Assembly (NCBI GenBank): GCA_965200315.1 | Contig: OZ241362.1 | Span: 1,312,001 to 1,376,000 of the forward strand | Length of the DNA: 64,000 nucleotides | From: Candidatus Latescibacterota bacterium | GTDB lineage: Bacteria; Latescibacterota; UBA2968; UBA8231 | Direction of reading: 5' to 3' | Shown: positions 9,960-19,845 of the stretch, piece by piece | Numbering within the stretch: the first letter of the stretch is position 1 | How the letters are laid out: each line of letters opens with the position of its first letter | Position numbers and translations under genes: made by a program | The notes under the pieces: generated by a model | What the model saw: the letters and a program-made list of their open reading frames with translations, nothing else | The model's database searches: none | What the model was told of the DNA's origin: nothing

Positions 9960-11054
9960 ATGCAAAAACCCAGTTCAATAGTACTGGCGGTCGCCTTGGC
10001 TGCCACCGCAGGAGAGGCTAACGTGAGCAAAGACCGCTTTGGAACGACCGCGGCGGGACAGCCCGTCGATCGCTATACCCTCACAAACGACCGCGGCACC
10101 ATCGCCCGCGTCATCACCTATGGCGGGATCATCACCGAACTCCTCGTGCGCGATCGCGCCGGAACGCTGGGCGACGTGGTGCTGGGCTTTGACCGCTTGG
10201 AGCAGTACGAGAAGGAGAATCCGTACTTCGGCTGTATCACCGGGCGGGTCGCCAACCGCATCGCCGGCGGCAAATTCTCCCTCGATGGCCAAGAGTACAA
10301 GCTCGCCGTCAACAACGGCCCCAATCACCTGCACGGCGGGCTTGTGGGCTTCGACAAAGTCGTCTGGAACGCCGAGGTCGTGGATGATAAACGCGGACCG
10401 GCCGTGCGCCTACATTACGTGAGTCCAGACGGCGAGGAGGGCTATCCGGGCACCGTGCCGGTGAGCGTGACGTACATCTTGACCCCCGACGACGAACTAG
10501 TCATCGCATACGAGGCGACCACGGACCAGCCCACGCCGATCAACCTGACCAACCACTCCTATTTCAACTTGGCCGGCAGCGGCTCCGTCCTCGGGCACAT
10601 CCTCACGCTCCACGCCCGCTACTACACAGAGCCGGACGCCAACCAAGTCCCCACGGGGCGCATCTTGCCGGTGGCGGGCACCCCCCTCGACTTTGGCAAA
10701 CCATCCGCCATTGGCGGGCGGATCGGGCAGCTTGCCATCGGCGGCTACGACCACAACTACGTGCTCGACAATGGGGGGCGGGCTGAGCCGGGGCTGGCCG
10801 CCGCGGTGTACGAACCGGAGAGCGGGCGGGTGATGGAGCTGTACACCACCGAGCCGGGCGTACAGTTTTACTCGGCCATCCACCTCGACGGCGTACTGGG
10901 CAAGGACGAGACGCGCTACGATCAGTACCACGGCCTGTGCTTAGAGACCCAGCACTATCCCGACTCGATCAACCAGCCGGGCTTCCCGTCGGTGGTGCTG
11001 CGTCCGGGAGAAACCTACCGGACGGTTACCATACACAAGTTTTCGACGCGATAA
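9960..11054 (+). CDS. galM: Aldose 1-epimerase (galactose mutarotase) with signal peptide
   Basis: 'GRVANRI', 'NHLHGG', 'NLTNHSYFNL', 'GYDHN', 'CLETQ'; RBS AGGAGG before ATG 9960. Confidence 0.92.
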   Translation: MQKPSSIVLAVALAATAGEANVSKDRFGTTAAGQPVDRYTLTNDRGTIARVITYGGIITELLVRDRAGTLGDVVLGFDRLEQYEKENPYFGCITGRVANRIAGGKFSLDGQEYKLAVNNGPNHLHGGLVGFDKVVWNAEVVDDKRGPAVRLHYVSPDGEEGYPGTVPVSVTYILTPDDELVIAYEATTDQPTPINLTNHSYFNLAGSGSVLGHILTLHARYYTEPDANQVPTGRILPVAGTPLDFGKPSAIGGRIGQLAIGGYDHNYVLDNGGRAEPGLAAAVYEPESGRVMELYTTEPGVQFYSAIHLDGVLGKDETRYDQYHGLCLETQHYPDSINQPGFPSVVLRPGETYRTVTIHKFSTR

Positions 11055-11063
11055 AGAGCCACC

Positions 11064-11822
11064 TTAGCCCGTCCAAGGCTCGGGATCGGCGAACAGGCAG
11101 CGGGCGGCCGGGCGCAAGCGCCGCTCGGCGGCCGGGCTGAGGGCACTGGAAAAGACCATGTACGGGTCGTCGCGACGGCAGAAAAAACTGGTGAGGCTGA
11201 GGCGACGGCTAGTGCTGCGGTTGCCGGTGGTGCCGTGCCAGACGTGGCTGTTAAAGACAGCAACCGTGCCAGCCGCACCGAGCAACAGCTTTTGCCGCGG
11301 GTGGTCCGCGGCGGCATCCTCCAGCCCCTCTTTGGGCTCTTGACCACTCCGATGAGTGCCGGGAATCACGCGCGTGGCTCCGTTTTCCGGCGTGAATTCC
11401 GTCAGCATCCACAGCGAGTTGCACACGGCGTAGTATTCCGCTTGGGGCGCGGGGCCGTTGTAATCGACGTGTAGGGCCTGCTGTTCACCACCGGGCGGAT
11501 GGGGCCGGCCGTGTACGCCAAAGGACTTAATAGTGCCGTCCAAGACGTGGCAGATGGCGGCCAGAACGCGCGGATGGGTAAAGCAGATGTCGAGACCGGC
11601 GACTTTGTTCTGCATGTAGCTAGATTCGGCCGGGCCATCCTTTTGCCCCGTGCCCTCGGCCGCGTACACCGCGTCCATCGCCCGGCCTATCGCGGTGATC
11701 TGCGCGGCCGAGAGGATATTCGGCAGGAGCACATAGCCCTCGCGATCCAAGTGCGTTTTCTCGGCTTCGGAGAGCGTGTCGTCGCGCACCCCCAACTCGT
11801 ATAAGGCTTCCTGTAGCGTCAT
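11064..11822 (-). CDS. PhyH family dioxygenase
   Basis: LHVD, 'LTEFTPENGATRVIPGTH', 'VWHG'. Confidence 0.88.
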   Translation of the reverse strand: MTLQEALYELGVRDDTLSEAEKTHLDREGYVLLPNILSAAQITAIGRAMDAVYAAEGTGQKDGPAESSYMQNKVAGLDICFTHPRVLAAICHVLDGTIKSFGVHGRPHPPGGEQQALHVDYNGPAPQAEYYAVCNSLWMLTEFTPENGATRVIPGTHRSGQEPKEGLEDAAADHPRQKLLLGAAGTVAVFNSHVWHGTTGNRSTSRRLSLTSFFCRRDDPYMVFSSALSPAAERRLRPAARCLFADPEPWTG

Positions 11823-11956
11823 CCTCGACTCCTTCGTTGCAGGCGGTAGCCTTCTTTAATAGTCCTAAACGGGTGAGACGCCCGCGCACCCCGCCAGCCC
11901 GCGCAGGCTTCCCACTGAGTCCAGCCCCGATGCTAAGGAGACGACGCGGGTCATGG

Positions 11957-12090
11957 CTAGAGCCGCCAAAGCATCAGCACTATTGCGCCGATAAAGGTGA
12001 AATTGGGCAGCGATGTCCGTTTGCCGCGGCTCAAGCAGGCGGCAAAGTCCAAAACGGCGAGGATGTCCTGCGCCTCAAGATCGCCTCGAC
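11957..12090 (-). pseudogene. DUF433-type antitoxin C-terminal remnant
   Basis: 'DLEAQDILAVLDFAA' resembles the DUF433 C-terminal helix; the N-terminus is absent. Confidence 0.45.
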
Positions 12091-12141
12091 GGGAACCGCA
12101 GGCTGCAAATGCCGGGTACGGCGCGATTCGCCGGCAAACCG

Positions 12142-13149
12142 TCAAGCGATTGCGTCCTGTTTCAAACACCCGACCACCTCGTACAGGGTAGTGCAAACGC
12201 GCTCGCCGGCCGCCGTACAAAGCCGCCAAACCGTACCGTCGCTGTCGTGGATGACCTCGACGCACGTCGGCGCGCTGTCCGCCACGCGAAAACCGGCCCG
12301 TGCCAACGCACGCGTCGTCCACAGGACAGGAAGCCCTTCGCCCACTAAGCCGACGGCCCCTTCCGGCTCTTGCGCCAGATGGAAAGAGCCAATGGCCGGG
12401 TCGAATTCCACGTCCGCAAACGTCCGCTGAAAAGCTCCGCTCAACACCAAGTCCTCCGGTGCCCCGGTTTGCAAAGGGCCATCCAGCGGCAGCAGCCAGA
12501 GGCGGTCGGCGCAGCGCAAGGCCAAGTCCAAATCGTGCGTGGAAAGCAAGACGGCACGAGCGCGAGCGCCGGCCAAACGGCGCAACAACTGCACGATTTC
12601 GACGCGCCGCGGCAAATCCAAAAAGGCCGTCGGCTCGTCGAGGAGCAGCACGGCTGGTTCCTGCGCCAAAGCGCGGGCAATCATCACCTTTTGCCGCTCG
12701 CCATCGCTCAGTTCGCCAACGCTGCGCCCGGCCAAGTCCCTAGCCCCCACCGCGTCAATAGCCCAGCGCACCACCTCTTCGTCGGCAGCAGCAAGACGGC
12801 CGTCCCAACCCGTGTACGGATAGCGGCCCAGCGCCACGAGTGCATAGGCCGACAAGTTGCCCACTTCTACCCGCTCGGTCAGGACTAAGCCCAACAGCCG
12901 CGCCCGCTCGCGCTCGCTCAGCCCGTGCAAGTCGCGGCCCTCAAGGAGCACCTCGCCAGCCAGCGGCTTTTGCAGGCCAGCCAAAGTGCGCATGAGCGTG
13001 GATTTGCCCGCCCCATTAGGACCCAACAAGCAGACCAGTTCCCCCTTGAGTAATTCCAAGCCAAGGTTCGCGGCCACGGCGATGCGCGGGCGGCGCTTGG
13101 GCGCGTAGCCAATGCACAGACCGCGCGTTTGTAGAATGGTCGCGGCCAC
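12142..13149 (-). CDS. Cobalamin ABC transporter ATP-binding protein (BtuD/FecE-like)
   Basis: GPNGAGKST, 'LSDGERQK', 'LLDEPT', 'STHDL'; probable GTG start at 13149; inside the riboswitch operon. Confidence 0.85.
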   Translation of the reverse strand: MAATILQTRGLCIGYAPKRRPRIAVAANLGLELLKGELVCLLGPNGAGKSTLMRTLAGLQKPLAGEVLLEGRDLHGLSERERARLLGLVLTERVEVGNLSAYALVALGRYPYTGWDGRLAAADEEVVRWAIDAVGARDLAGRSVGELSDGERQKVMIARALAQEPAVLLLDEPTAFLDLPRRVEIVQLLRRLAGARARAVLLSTHDLDLALRCADRLWLLPLDGPLQTGAPEDLVLSGAFQRTFADVEFDPAIGSFHLAQEPEGAVGLVGEGLPVLWTTRALARAGFRVADSAPTCVEVIHDSDGTVWRLCTAAGERVCTTLYEVVGCLKQDAIA

Positions 13150-13154
13150 GGCAC

Positions 13155-14243
13155 TCAGGCGGCAAAGGCCGGCCGCAAGGTGCGGCGGCGCAGGATGATC
13201 CAAGTGACCACGGGCGCACCGATCAGAGCGGTGACCGCGTTGAGCGGCAGGGTGGCCTCGCTGCCGGGCAAACGGGCCACTAAGTCCGCAGTTAGGGCCA
13301 AAATGCCGCCCAAGAGCACACTGGCCGGCAGCAGTACGCGGTAATCCGAAGTGTTGAAGAGGGCGCGGCACAAATGCGGCACGGCCACACCCAAAAACCC
13401 AATGGGACCGCAATAGGCCGTGACTGCGCCAGCGAGCAACGCGGCGCTCGCAATGATCCACAATCGCGCCCGTCGCGCCCCCAAGCCCATGCTGCGTGCA
13501 TAGGTTTCGCCGAGCAGCAAGGCGTTGAGCGGCTTAACGAGCAGTCCGGCAATCCCTAAACCCACCAGCACCACCGGCGCTAAAAAGGTGAGTTGACCCC
13601 AAGCGACCGCGCCAAAGCTGCCAAAGGTCCACAGGACATAAGTCTGTACCTGTTCGGGGATGCTGAAGTAGAGCAACACGCTGACTATGGCACTGGTCAG
13701 ATAGCCGAACATGAGGCCGAGGATGAGCAAGGTCATGGTATGTTGCACGCGCCGCCCCACGAAAAGCACCAAGCCCAACACCGCCGCGGCCCCGGCCACG
13801 GCGGCGGCCACCACGCCAACTTGGCCCAAAAGCCCCAGACCGGCCAACAACCCAGCCCCACTGACGCCCGTGCCCAAGACGACCAACGCCACACCCAGAC
13901 TGGCGCCGGCGCTAATGCCGAGGATGAAGGGGTCGGCGAGGGGATTGCGGAACAGGGTCTGCATCTGCAAACCACTGGCGCTCAGGGCCGCGCCGGCCAA
14001 CAGCGCGGTCAGCGCACGCGGCAGGCGGATCGCGTAGATGATATGGCTCCAACTCGGCTTTTGGCCGGCTTCACCCCACAGGATGGCGACCACCGCATCG
14101 AGGGGAATGGCCACCGACCCCACGCCCAAACTGATGGCAAAAAAGCCGCACAAGGCCGCGGCCATCCCAAAGAAGAGTCCCCAGCGCGGCCCCAACCGGG
14201 GCCAAGGGGTGCGCTGTGCATCGGTGGTAGAAGCAGGCACCAC
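13155..14243 (-). CDS. Cobalamin ABC transporter permease (BtuC/FecCD family)
   Basis: 'IRLPRALTA', 'QTLFRNPLADPFILGISAGA', 'GPIGFLGVAVPH'. Confidence 0.9.
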   Translation of the reverse strand: MVPASTTDAQRTPWPRLGPRWGLFFGMAAALCGFFAISLGVGSVAIPLDAVVAILWGEAGQKPSWSHIIYAIRLPRALTALLAGAALSASGLQMQTLFRNPLADPFILGISAGASLGVALVVLGTGVSGAGLLAGLGLLGQVGVVAAAVAGAAAVLGLVLFVGRRVQHTMTLLILGLMFGYLTSAIVSVLLYFSIPEQVQTYVLWTFGSFGAVAWGQLTFLAPVVLVGLGIAGLLVKPLNALLLGETYARSMGLGARRARLWIIASAALLAGAVTAYCGPIGFLGVAVPHLCRALFNTSDYRVLLPASVLLGGILALTADLVARLPGSEATLPLNAVTALIGAPVVTWIILRRRTLRPAFAA

Positions 14244-14249
14244 GGCGTC

Positions 14250-15440
14250 TCAGTCTAGCTTTTGATAGAATTTGAGCGCGTGCTCCGGCAGGCGGTCGGG
14301 ATGCAGAATCTTTATCAAATCGGCCAGCACGATATGGGGTTCGATAAGGCCGCTTTCCCAGTAGTCGTTGCCGCCGTGCGCGTTGAGCCGGGCATTGGCA
14401 TTGTACACTCGGCCGCTGTCAAACGCGGCAAACGCCGCGTAGCGCTCGTCCGCGGCCTGCACGTCGGCCAGCGAATGCCATTCGTTGAGCATGGTCAGCC
14501 ACACGTCGGCCGCGTGGGCCTTTTCGTACACGGCCTCAAAGTCCAAAGGCAAGCTCCCGGCGGAACCGTCGTCGGCCCATGGGTACGCACCGCCGGCCGC
14601 GGCGATCAATTGCGCCGCATAGCTCTTGCCGCCGGCGACGTGCCAAGTGTCGCGCCAGAGGGAGCCGCCAAACACCGTGGGGCGTTGGGGCGTTGGCACC
14701 TCCTGCACCAAAGCCGCGTATTGCCGGTACTGAGCCGCAATATCCGCAAAGCGTTTTTCCGCCAAAGCCTCGGCGTTGAAAAAGGCCGCGGTGAACTTGA
14801 GCCATTCCGTGCGGCCCAACAGCGCCGGCTCTGTGTACTCGGCGTTGATGGCCACGGCCACGCCGGCTTGCTGCAAAACCGGGTGGGCGTTGTACTGGGA
14901 TTGGGCCGCGGCCACAGTCATTACTACGTCAATCTCCAATTCCAGCACTAATTCGAGATTGACCCCGGCACCGTGGCCAATTTCGGCGATTTTGCCGGCC
15001 GCAAAGCGCTGGTTGATGTTAGGCGAATGCACCATTCCAACGTCGCTGACTGCCACTAGGTTTTCGAGCGCGTCGAGCAATTCGAGGTGCGGCAATTGGG
15101 TCGTCGATAGGGCCGCGAGGCGACGAATGGGCACGGTGATGCGCTGCACGCCGTCGTATCCGGCGGGTGCGGGAGTGCCGCACTGGACCAATAGGTACTG
15201 GACGGCTTCTTGCGCCCCGGGCCACGGAGTATGCACGGTGACCACTTTGTAGTTGTCGAAGTATTCAATCGCAAAGCTCTCGGCGTATTGCAGTTCGACC
15301 TTGTGGGGAAAATAGTCCTGCGCCGGATCGTAGGTATCGACGCAATCGGCCCCGTTCGCCGCCGCCGCGCCAAAAGCCAGCCACGCCCCAAAACACACGC
15401 CGCCGCGAAAAATCGCCCCGACCAAAATCCACTTACGCAT
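14250..15440 (-). CDS. Cobalamin ABC transporter substrate-binding protein (BtuF-like)
   Basis: 'VPIRRLAALSTT', 'LGRTEWLKF..FFN', 'GGNDYWESG..P..VLADL'; start MRKW overlaps the pduO stop. Confidence 0.82.
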   Translation of the reverse strand: MRKWILVGAIFRGGVCFGAWLAFGAAAANGADCVDTYDPAQDYFPHKVELQYAESFAIEYFDNYKVVTVHTPWPGAQEAVQYLLVQCGTPAPAGYDGVQRITVPIRRLAALSTTQLPHLELLDALENLVAVSDVGMVHSPNINQRFAAGKIAEIGHGAGVNLELVLELEIDVVMTVAAAQSQYNAHPVLQQAGVAVAINAEYTEPALLGRTEWLKFTAAFFNAEALAEKRFADIAAQYRQYAALVQEVPTPQRPTVFGGSLWRDTWHVAGGKSYAAQLIAAAGGAYPWADDGSAGSLPLDFEAVYEKAHAADVWLTMLNEWHSLADVQAADERYAAFAAFDSGRVYNANARLNAHGGNDYWESGLIEPHIVLADLIKILHPDRLPEHALKFYQKLD

Positions 15441-15999
15441 CGTCTGCGCCCTCCCCCGGCTTCCACAACACATCCGCTTCCCCGCCATCGTTGGCGGCCC
15501 GTGCCATCGCGAACAGCAAGTCGGAGAGCCGGTTGAGATACAGCAGAACCGGCTCTCCGACTTGCTCTTGTTCCGCGAGTTGCCAAGCGGCACGCTCAGC
15601 GCGCCGACACACCGTCCGCGCCAAGTGGAGCCAAGCAGCGGGAAGCCGTCCCCCAGGCAAGATAAAGCTCCGCAAAGGGGCCAAATTTCGCGTGAGATCG
15701 TCAATTTGCTGCTCTAGGAAAAGGACTTGCTGCGGCTGTACGCGCAGACGCTCCTCTTCGCCAGCCGCCTGCGGGACGCACAAATCGGCCCCCAAGTCGA
15801 AAAGATCGTTTTGCACCCGAGCGAGCACATCGTCGTGTTTTCCACCGCTGGCCCGGGCCAACCCGATCACCGAGTTCAGCTCATCTACGCACCCATAAGC
15901 GGCGATGCGAGCACTCGTCTTGGGCACTTGCGACATATCGCCCAGCCGCGTCATCCCACCATCGCCCGTCTTGGTGTAGAGCTTAGATAGCGTAACCAT
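15433..15999 (-). CDS. pduO: ATP:cob(I)alamin adenosyltransferase (PduO type)
   Basis: 'LYTKTGDGG.T', 'YG.VDELNS', 'FILPGG', 'ARTVCRRAER', 'YLNRLSDLLF'. Confidence 0.93.
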   Translation of the reverse strand: MVTLSKLYTKTGDGGMTRLGDMSQVPKTSARIAAYGCVDELNSVIGLARASGGKHDDVLARVQNDLFDLGADLCVPQAAGEEERLRVQPQQVLFLEQQIDDLTRNLAPLRSFILPGGRLPAAWLHLARTVCRRAERAAWQLAEQEQVGEPVLLYLNRLSDLLFAMARAANDGGEADVLWKPGEGADDA

Positions 16000-16078
16000 G
16001 CCTGTTGCCTTTCCCTCGTTTATTTATCCTTGTTCAGCTTCGGCCGTCCTAGACACAACCGTCATCGGCGCGACCCGC

Positions 16079-17488
16079 TCATTTAATCAACATCACCTTG
16101 CCCACCGCCCGTTGACTGCCAGCGCGCAACTGCACCAGATACGCGCCATTGCCCACCGGCTCACCTGCGGCATTGCGACCGTCCCAGTGGAGAAGGTGTC
16201 TCCCGGCGTTCATCGGGCCGGAAGTCAGGGTGCGGACGGTGCGGCCCAAGACATCGTGGACTGTTAATTCGACCGGGGTATTGGTCCGCCAGACCGCAAA
16301 GGGAATCTGCACCGAAGCATTGAAGGGATTGGGATAGGCCGCTTCCAAGGCGAACTCCCGCGGCAAGCCATCGGCAGCGGTCTCCTCCACAGCCGTGGGA
16401 ACGGCCGCATCTCCCAAGACCACAATATCCTGCGGCGGCAAGCCGGTATCGATGGGGCCGCGCAGAAACGCGCCGGTAGCCGCGTCGTAGAATTTGAGCC
16501 CGGCCGCATCCGGGGCGGCAAAACTGCCGCGATCGGCGACTATCAGGCGATCGCCATCTACGGCCAAGCTGGAGATAAAACCGCCGCTAATATGTTCCAA
16601 CGGTGCCCCCACAGTGCCACTAGAGAGTTCAAAAGGCCGGACGCTGTTGGCGAAATTCTCGTCCGCGACTATGGCATAGCCCCGGTTTTGCGCGACGAGC
16701 ACCATGGACGTAATATCGCCGCCCAAGTCCTCTTCACTGACGGCCAATCCAAGGCTGCGGTTGGTGGCCGTATCGACGATTTCCACGCCGCCAGCGCGGT
16801 CGCCAAAACCGGCCACTGCGCCCACGACAATCCGCTCGCCGGCGACGGCCATGCTGTTAGGATTGGCAACACTCAGCGCGATGCCTTGCACTCCCTCGGC
16901 GTCGAGGTCCACATCAACCAAAGTATCCGTCGCTATATCGACGACGATCAAGTAGCTGACGTCAGCCGGTCCCCAGCCACCGTTGCGGTCGAGGCGCTGG
17001 CAGCTCAGGTAGAGCCGCTCGCCCACGCGGACGATTTGCGACACTTCGGGCAGGCCATCCGCGTCGGCGAAAGCACTCAGATCAATCTCGCCCAATTCCG
17101 CGCCGTCTTGGGGATTGACGATCAGCAGGGACGCCGTGTCGTAGCGCGTCACATACGCTTTGTCGGGTGCGACGATCTCTATGTCGTGCGGATTGGCACC
17201 ATTGCCCACCGAAAACTGAGTCAGCGGAGTGTGCAAATCCATCGCGTCCAAGACCAAGATATTGTCCTGCCCGAAGCGGTTGACGATATAGACGCGGCCG
17301 TTGTGGTAGTGCCCCACTGCGTCCGAGTGGATGCCCAACAGATTCACTTCGGCCTCGGCCGCATTCGCGGCCAAAAAAGCCGTGCTGCCGGTGGAAAAGT
17401 CCGTAGTGATGACGAAGAGGTCGCTCTGCGCCGACGACGAGTTCGCCAGCAGCAAGACAGAGACAGCCAAAATGTAAATGCGATACAC
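16079..17488 (-). CDS. Secreted beta-propeller (YncE/BtuG-like) protein with FlgD-Ig/T9SS-like C-terminal domain
   Basis: Signal peptide without lipobox; 'NPHDI.....KAYVTRY' blades; C-terminal 'YPNPFN...DVLGRTVRTL...WDGRN..G..VGNGAY...KVMLIK'. Confidence 0.7.
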   Translation of the reverse strand: MYRIYILAVSVLLLANSSSAQSDLFVITTDFSTGSTAFLAANAAEAEVNLLGIHSDAVGHYHNGRVYIVNRFGQDNILVLDAMDLHTPLTQFSVGNGANPHDIEIVAPDKAYVTRYDTASLLIVNPQDGAELGEIDLSAFADADGLPEVSQIVRVGERLYLSCQRLDRNGGWGPADVSYLIVVDIATDTLVDVDLDAEGVQGIALSVANPNSMAVAGERIVVGAVAGFGDRAGGVEIVDTATNRSLGLAVSEEDLGGDITSMVLVAQNRGYAIVADENFANSVRPFELSSGTVGAPLEHISGGFISSLAVDGDRLIVADRGSFAAPDAAGLKFYDAATGAFLRGPIDTGLPPQDIVVLGDAAVPTAVEETAADGLPREFALEAAYPNPFNASVQIPFAVWRTNTPVELTVHDVLGRTVRTLTSGPMNAGRHLLHWDGRNAAGEPVGNGAYLVQLRAGSQRAVGKVMLIK

Positions 17489-17539
17489 GAAAATTCTCCT
17501 CAGTTAGTGGTTAGTAGAAGCGTCCCACGAGGGTTGCCC

Positions 17540-19804
17540 CTACGGGTGTGCAGCATAGTGAATGGAAAGCCCATACGAGCGCCCCGGTAGCGGGTAGCCC
17601 CACAGATCGGCTACTTGATTGTCGGTCAGGTTGTGCAACTCCCAAGACAAGGAGACGTCCGCGACTAACGGCACAGTGCCACCGAGATTGTACAGGGCGC
17701 GGACAGGCACGGTGCGCAGATTGGCCCGGTCGAGAAAATGCCGGCTTTCGCGGCTGAATTCTCCGTAGAGCTCCGCACGGCCCGAGTCGAGAGAGACACG
17801 CACATTGAGCCGATGGCGCGGCGCATTGGGCAGGTCATTGCCCCGTTCAAAAGAGAACGGAGTGCGGTTTTTGGTGCGCTGGTACGCGTAATTGCCGCCG
17901 AGCACCAGCCTTGGCAACAACCGCGCCTCGGCCCGCGTTTCCACGCCGCGCAGCAAGGCCCGGCCCATATTGTGGGGCCGCGACACCCGCTGCGAGTTTT
18001 GTATAAAGCGAATGAGGTCTTCGACGCGATTGCGGTAGTACACGACCTCGGCCAAGGCCAGACCCGCGCCATCGGCGGGCCTACGGAAGACCAAGCCCAA
18101 ATCCCAGTTGTTCCCTTCTTCGCAGACGAGGTTGGTATTGCCAATTACCGCGCCTCGATCGCCGAAGAGTTCAAAGAAATTGGGTGCGCGCTGATAGCGG
18201 CCATTGTGGGCCTTGAGGGCCAAGCCAGCACCTAAGTCCAAGGCCGCACCCATGCGATAGCCCCACAGGATTTCGCCGTTATCGCGGCTCGGCAACACCT
18301 CGCTAGGCGCGAAGTTCTTCCGGTCAAAAAAGTGGTCGTCGAGCCCTTCTGCCTGCGTACCGGCATGGAAAATCAAGCGCGGCCCCAACGGCACCTCCAC
18401 CTCGGTGCCGACGGCCAAGGCCCGGCGGCGACTGCGCAAAAACCGGCTGTCGGGCCGCAGCAAATCCTCGGGCGCAAAGGTCTCGCGCCGAGCCGCGACA
18501 AAAGCAGTCAGCAGGGGCTGGCCGGGCAACAGGGCATTCACCTCGCCGCGCAGGCCCAAGCGCTGGGTGATATTGCGGTCGTGCTGGCGGCCTAAGCCCA
18601 CTTCGCCGTGCCGATCCTGGTACTCGCCTTTTTCGCGGGCGTGATGGGCTTTGAGCCGGTATCCGGCGCGGCCGTGCCCCAGCGGACCGAAAAGCACCGC
18701 TTCGGCGATGTGACGCCACGTATCGTAGCGAGTGTGCAGAGACTGGTTGTTACCAAGGCCGGGAATGCCTTTGTAGCTCAAATCAAAGGTATTGTGAATC
18801 TGCAAGCGGCTAGCACCCAAGCTGCGCCCGATTTTGGCCAAACCGCGCAAGCCGCGAAAATCGCTGTTGAGCCGCCGCGCCCAGCCGTCGTCTTGGGCGT
18901 TGTACTCGGTGCCGTTGTCGTCCCAAAAGCGGAAGTCGTTGCGGCTGGCTTGGTAGTTGACCAACCCCAAGTACTCCCAGCCCTTATAGGGGCCGCTGAG
19001 CGAGGCACCCAGTCGGCGGGTACCGTGCGAACCAGAAGCCGTGTGTAAGCGCGTGCGGACTTTGCCGCCGAGCGGCTGCGTGCGAATGTGGACCACGCCC
19101 CCGAGGCTGTTGCCACCAAAGCGCGCTGGCGCCGCGCCCCGATAGACATCGACGCTTTCGACGCCGCCGATGGGCAAGCCGCCTAGATCCACACCGCCGC
19201 CAACAGCCGAGTTGAGCGGCACTCCATCGAGGAAAACTTGGACCTGTTCGGCGGTGGACCCGCGAATGGAAAGGGTGCTAAAACTGCCCAACCCACCGTA
19301 GCGGCGGATGTTGACGCCGGTAGCGCGGTCGAGCGTCTGGGCTAAGTCCGCGCTGGGAGCGCGCTGGTTGCCCAAGACAATGGTTTCGACGAAAGAGGCA
19401 ACGTGCTTGCCCTCGGGGTGGCGGCGGGCGCGGACCACCAACTCGTCCATGAGCATGGGCAGAGATTGCAGGTGCAACTCGACTGCGGTGAGGGTTGCGC
19501 CGATCTGGACGTGGCCGTGCAGGGGCCGGTAGCCCAGCCGTTCCACGCGCAAATCCCAAGTGCCTGTTGATAGATTTTCGAGGCGGAAGGAGCCGCTCGT
19601 ATCGCTGCGAACGGAATGGATTGAGCCGGATGGGGCACTCAGCGTCAATACGGCACCGGACACGGGGCGTCCCGCATCCTGATCGAGCAGCCGGCCCTGC
19701 AGCACCCCGGCCAAGAGAGCTTCGGGATGCAGGGCCAGCAAGAAGAAAACAATAAAAAAGCCCGCCCTCGAATGAGTGCGGGTCTGGGTGCTTGTACTAG
19801 GCAC
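17540..19804 (-). CDS. TonB-dependent receptor, BtuB-like
   Basis: Carboxypeptidase-regulatory-like N-domain, plug 'GVNIRRYGG.G..STLSIRGS...QVQVFLDGVPLN', C-terminal 'NLTD....DLWGYPLPGRSY'; first gene after the B12 riboswitch. Confidence 0.88.
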   Translation of the reverse strand: MPSTSTQTRTHSRAGFFIVFFLLALHPEALLAGVLQGRLLDQDAGRPVSGAVLTLSAPSGSIHSVRSDTSGSFRLENLSTGTWDLRVERLGYRPLHGHVQIGATLTAVELHLQSLPMLMDELVVRARRHPEGKHVASFVETIVLGNQRAPSADLAQTLDRATGVNIRRYGGLGSFSTLSIRGSTAEQVQVFLDGVPLNSAVGGGVDLGGLPIGGVESVDVYRGAAPARFGGNSLGGVVHIRTQPLGGKVRTRLHTASGSHGTRRLGASLSGPYKGWEYLGLVNYQASRNDFRFWDDNGTEYNAQDDGWARRLNSDFRGLRGLAKIGRSLGASRLQIHNTFDLSYKGIPGLGNNQSLHTRYDTWRHIAEAVLFGPLGHGRAGYRLKAHHAREKGEYQDRHGEVGLGRQHDRNITQRLGLRGEVNALLPGQPLLTAFVAARRETFAPEDLLRPDSRFLRSRRRALAVGTEVEVPLGPRLIFHAGTQAEGLDDHFFDRKNFAPSEVLPSRDNGEILWGYRMGAALDLGAGLALKAHNGRYQRAPNFFELFGDRGAVIGNTNLVCEEGNNWDLGLVFRRPADGAGLALAEVVYYRNRVEDLIRFIQNSQRVSRPHNMGRALLRGVETRAEARLLPRLVLGGNYAYQRTKNRTPFSFERGNDLPNAPRHRLNVRVSLDSGRAELYGEFSRESRHFLDRANLRTVPVRALYNLGGTVPLVADVSLSWELHNLTDNQVADLWGYPLPGRSYGLSIHYAAHP
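19752..19783 (-). terminator. Intrinsic terminator-like hairpin within the 5' end of the receptor ORF
   Basis: Minus strand ACCCGC-A-CTC-ATTC-GAG-G-GCGGGC followed by TTTTTTATT. Confidence 0.5.
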
Positions 19805-19845
19805 CGGTGGACCAACCTTTCTACCGAAGGGTGTCGTTGACCTCG

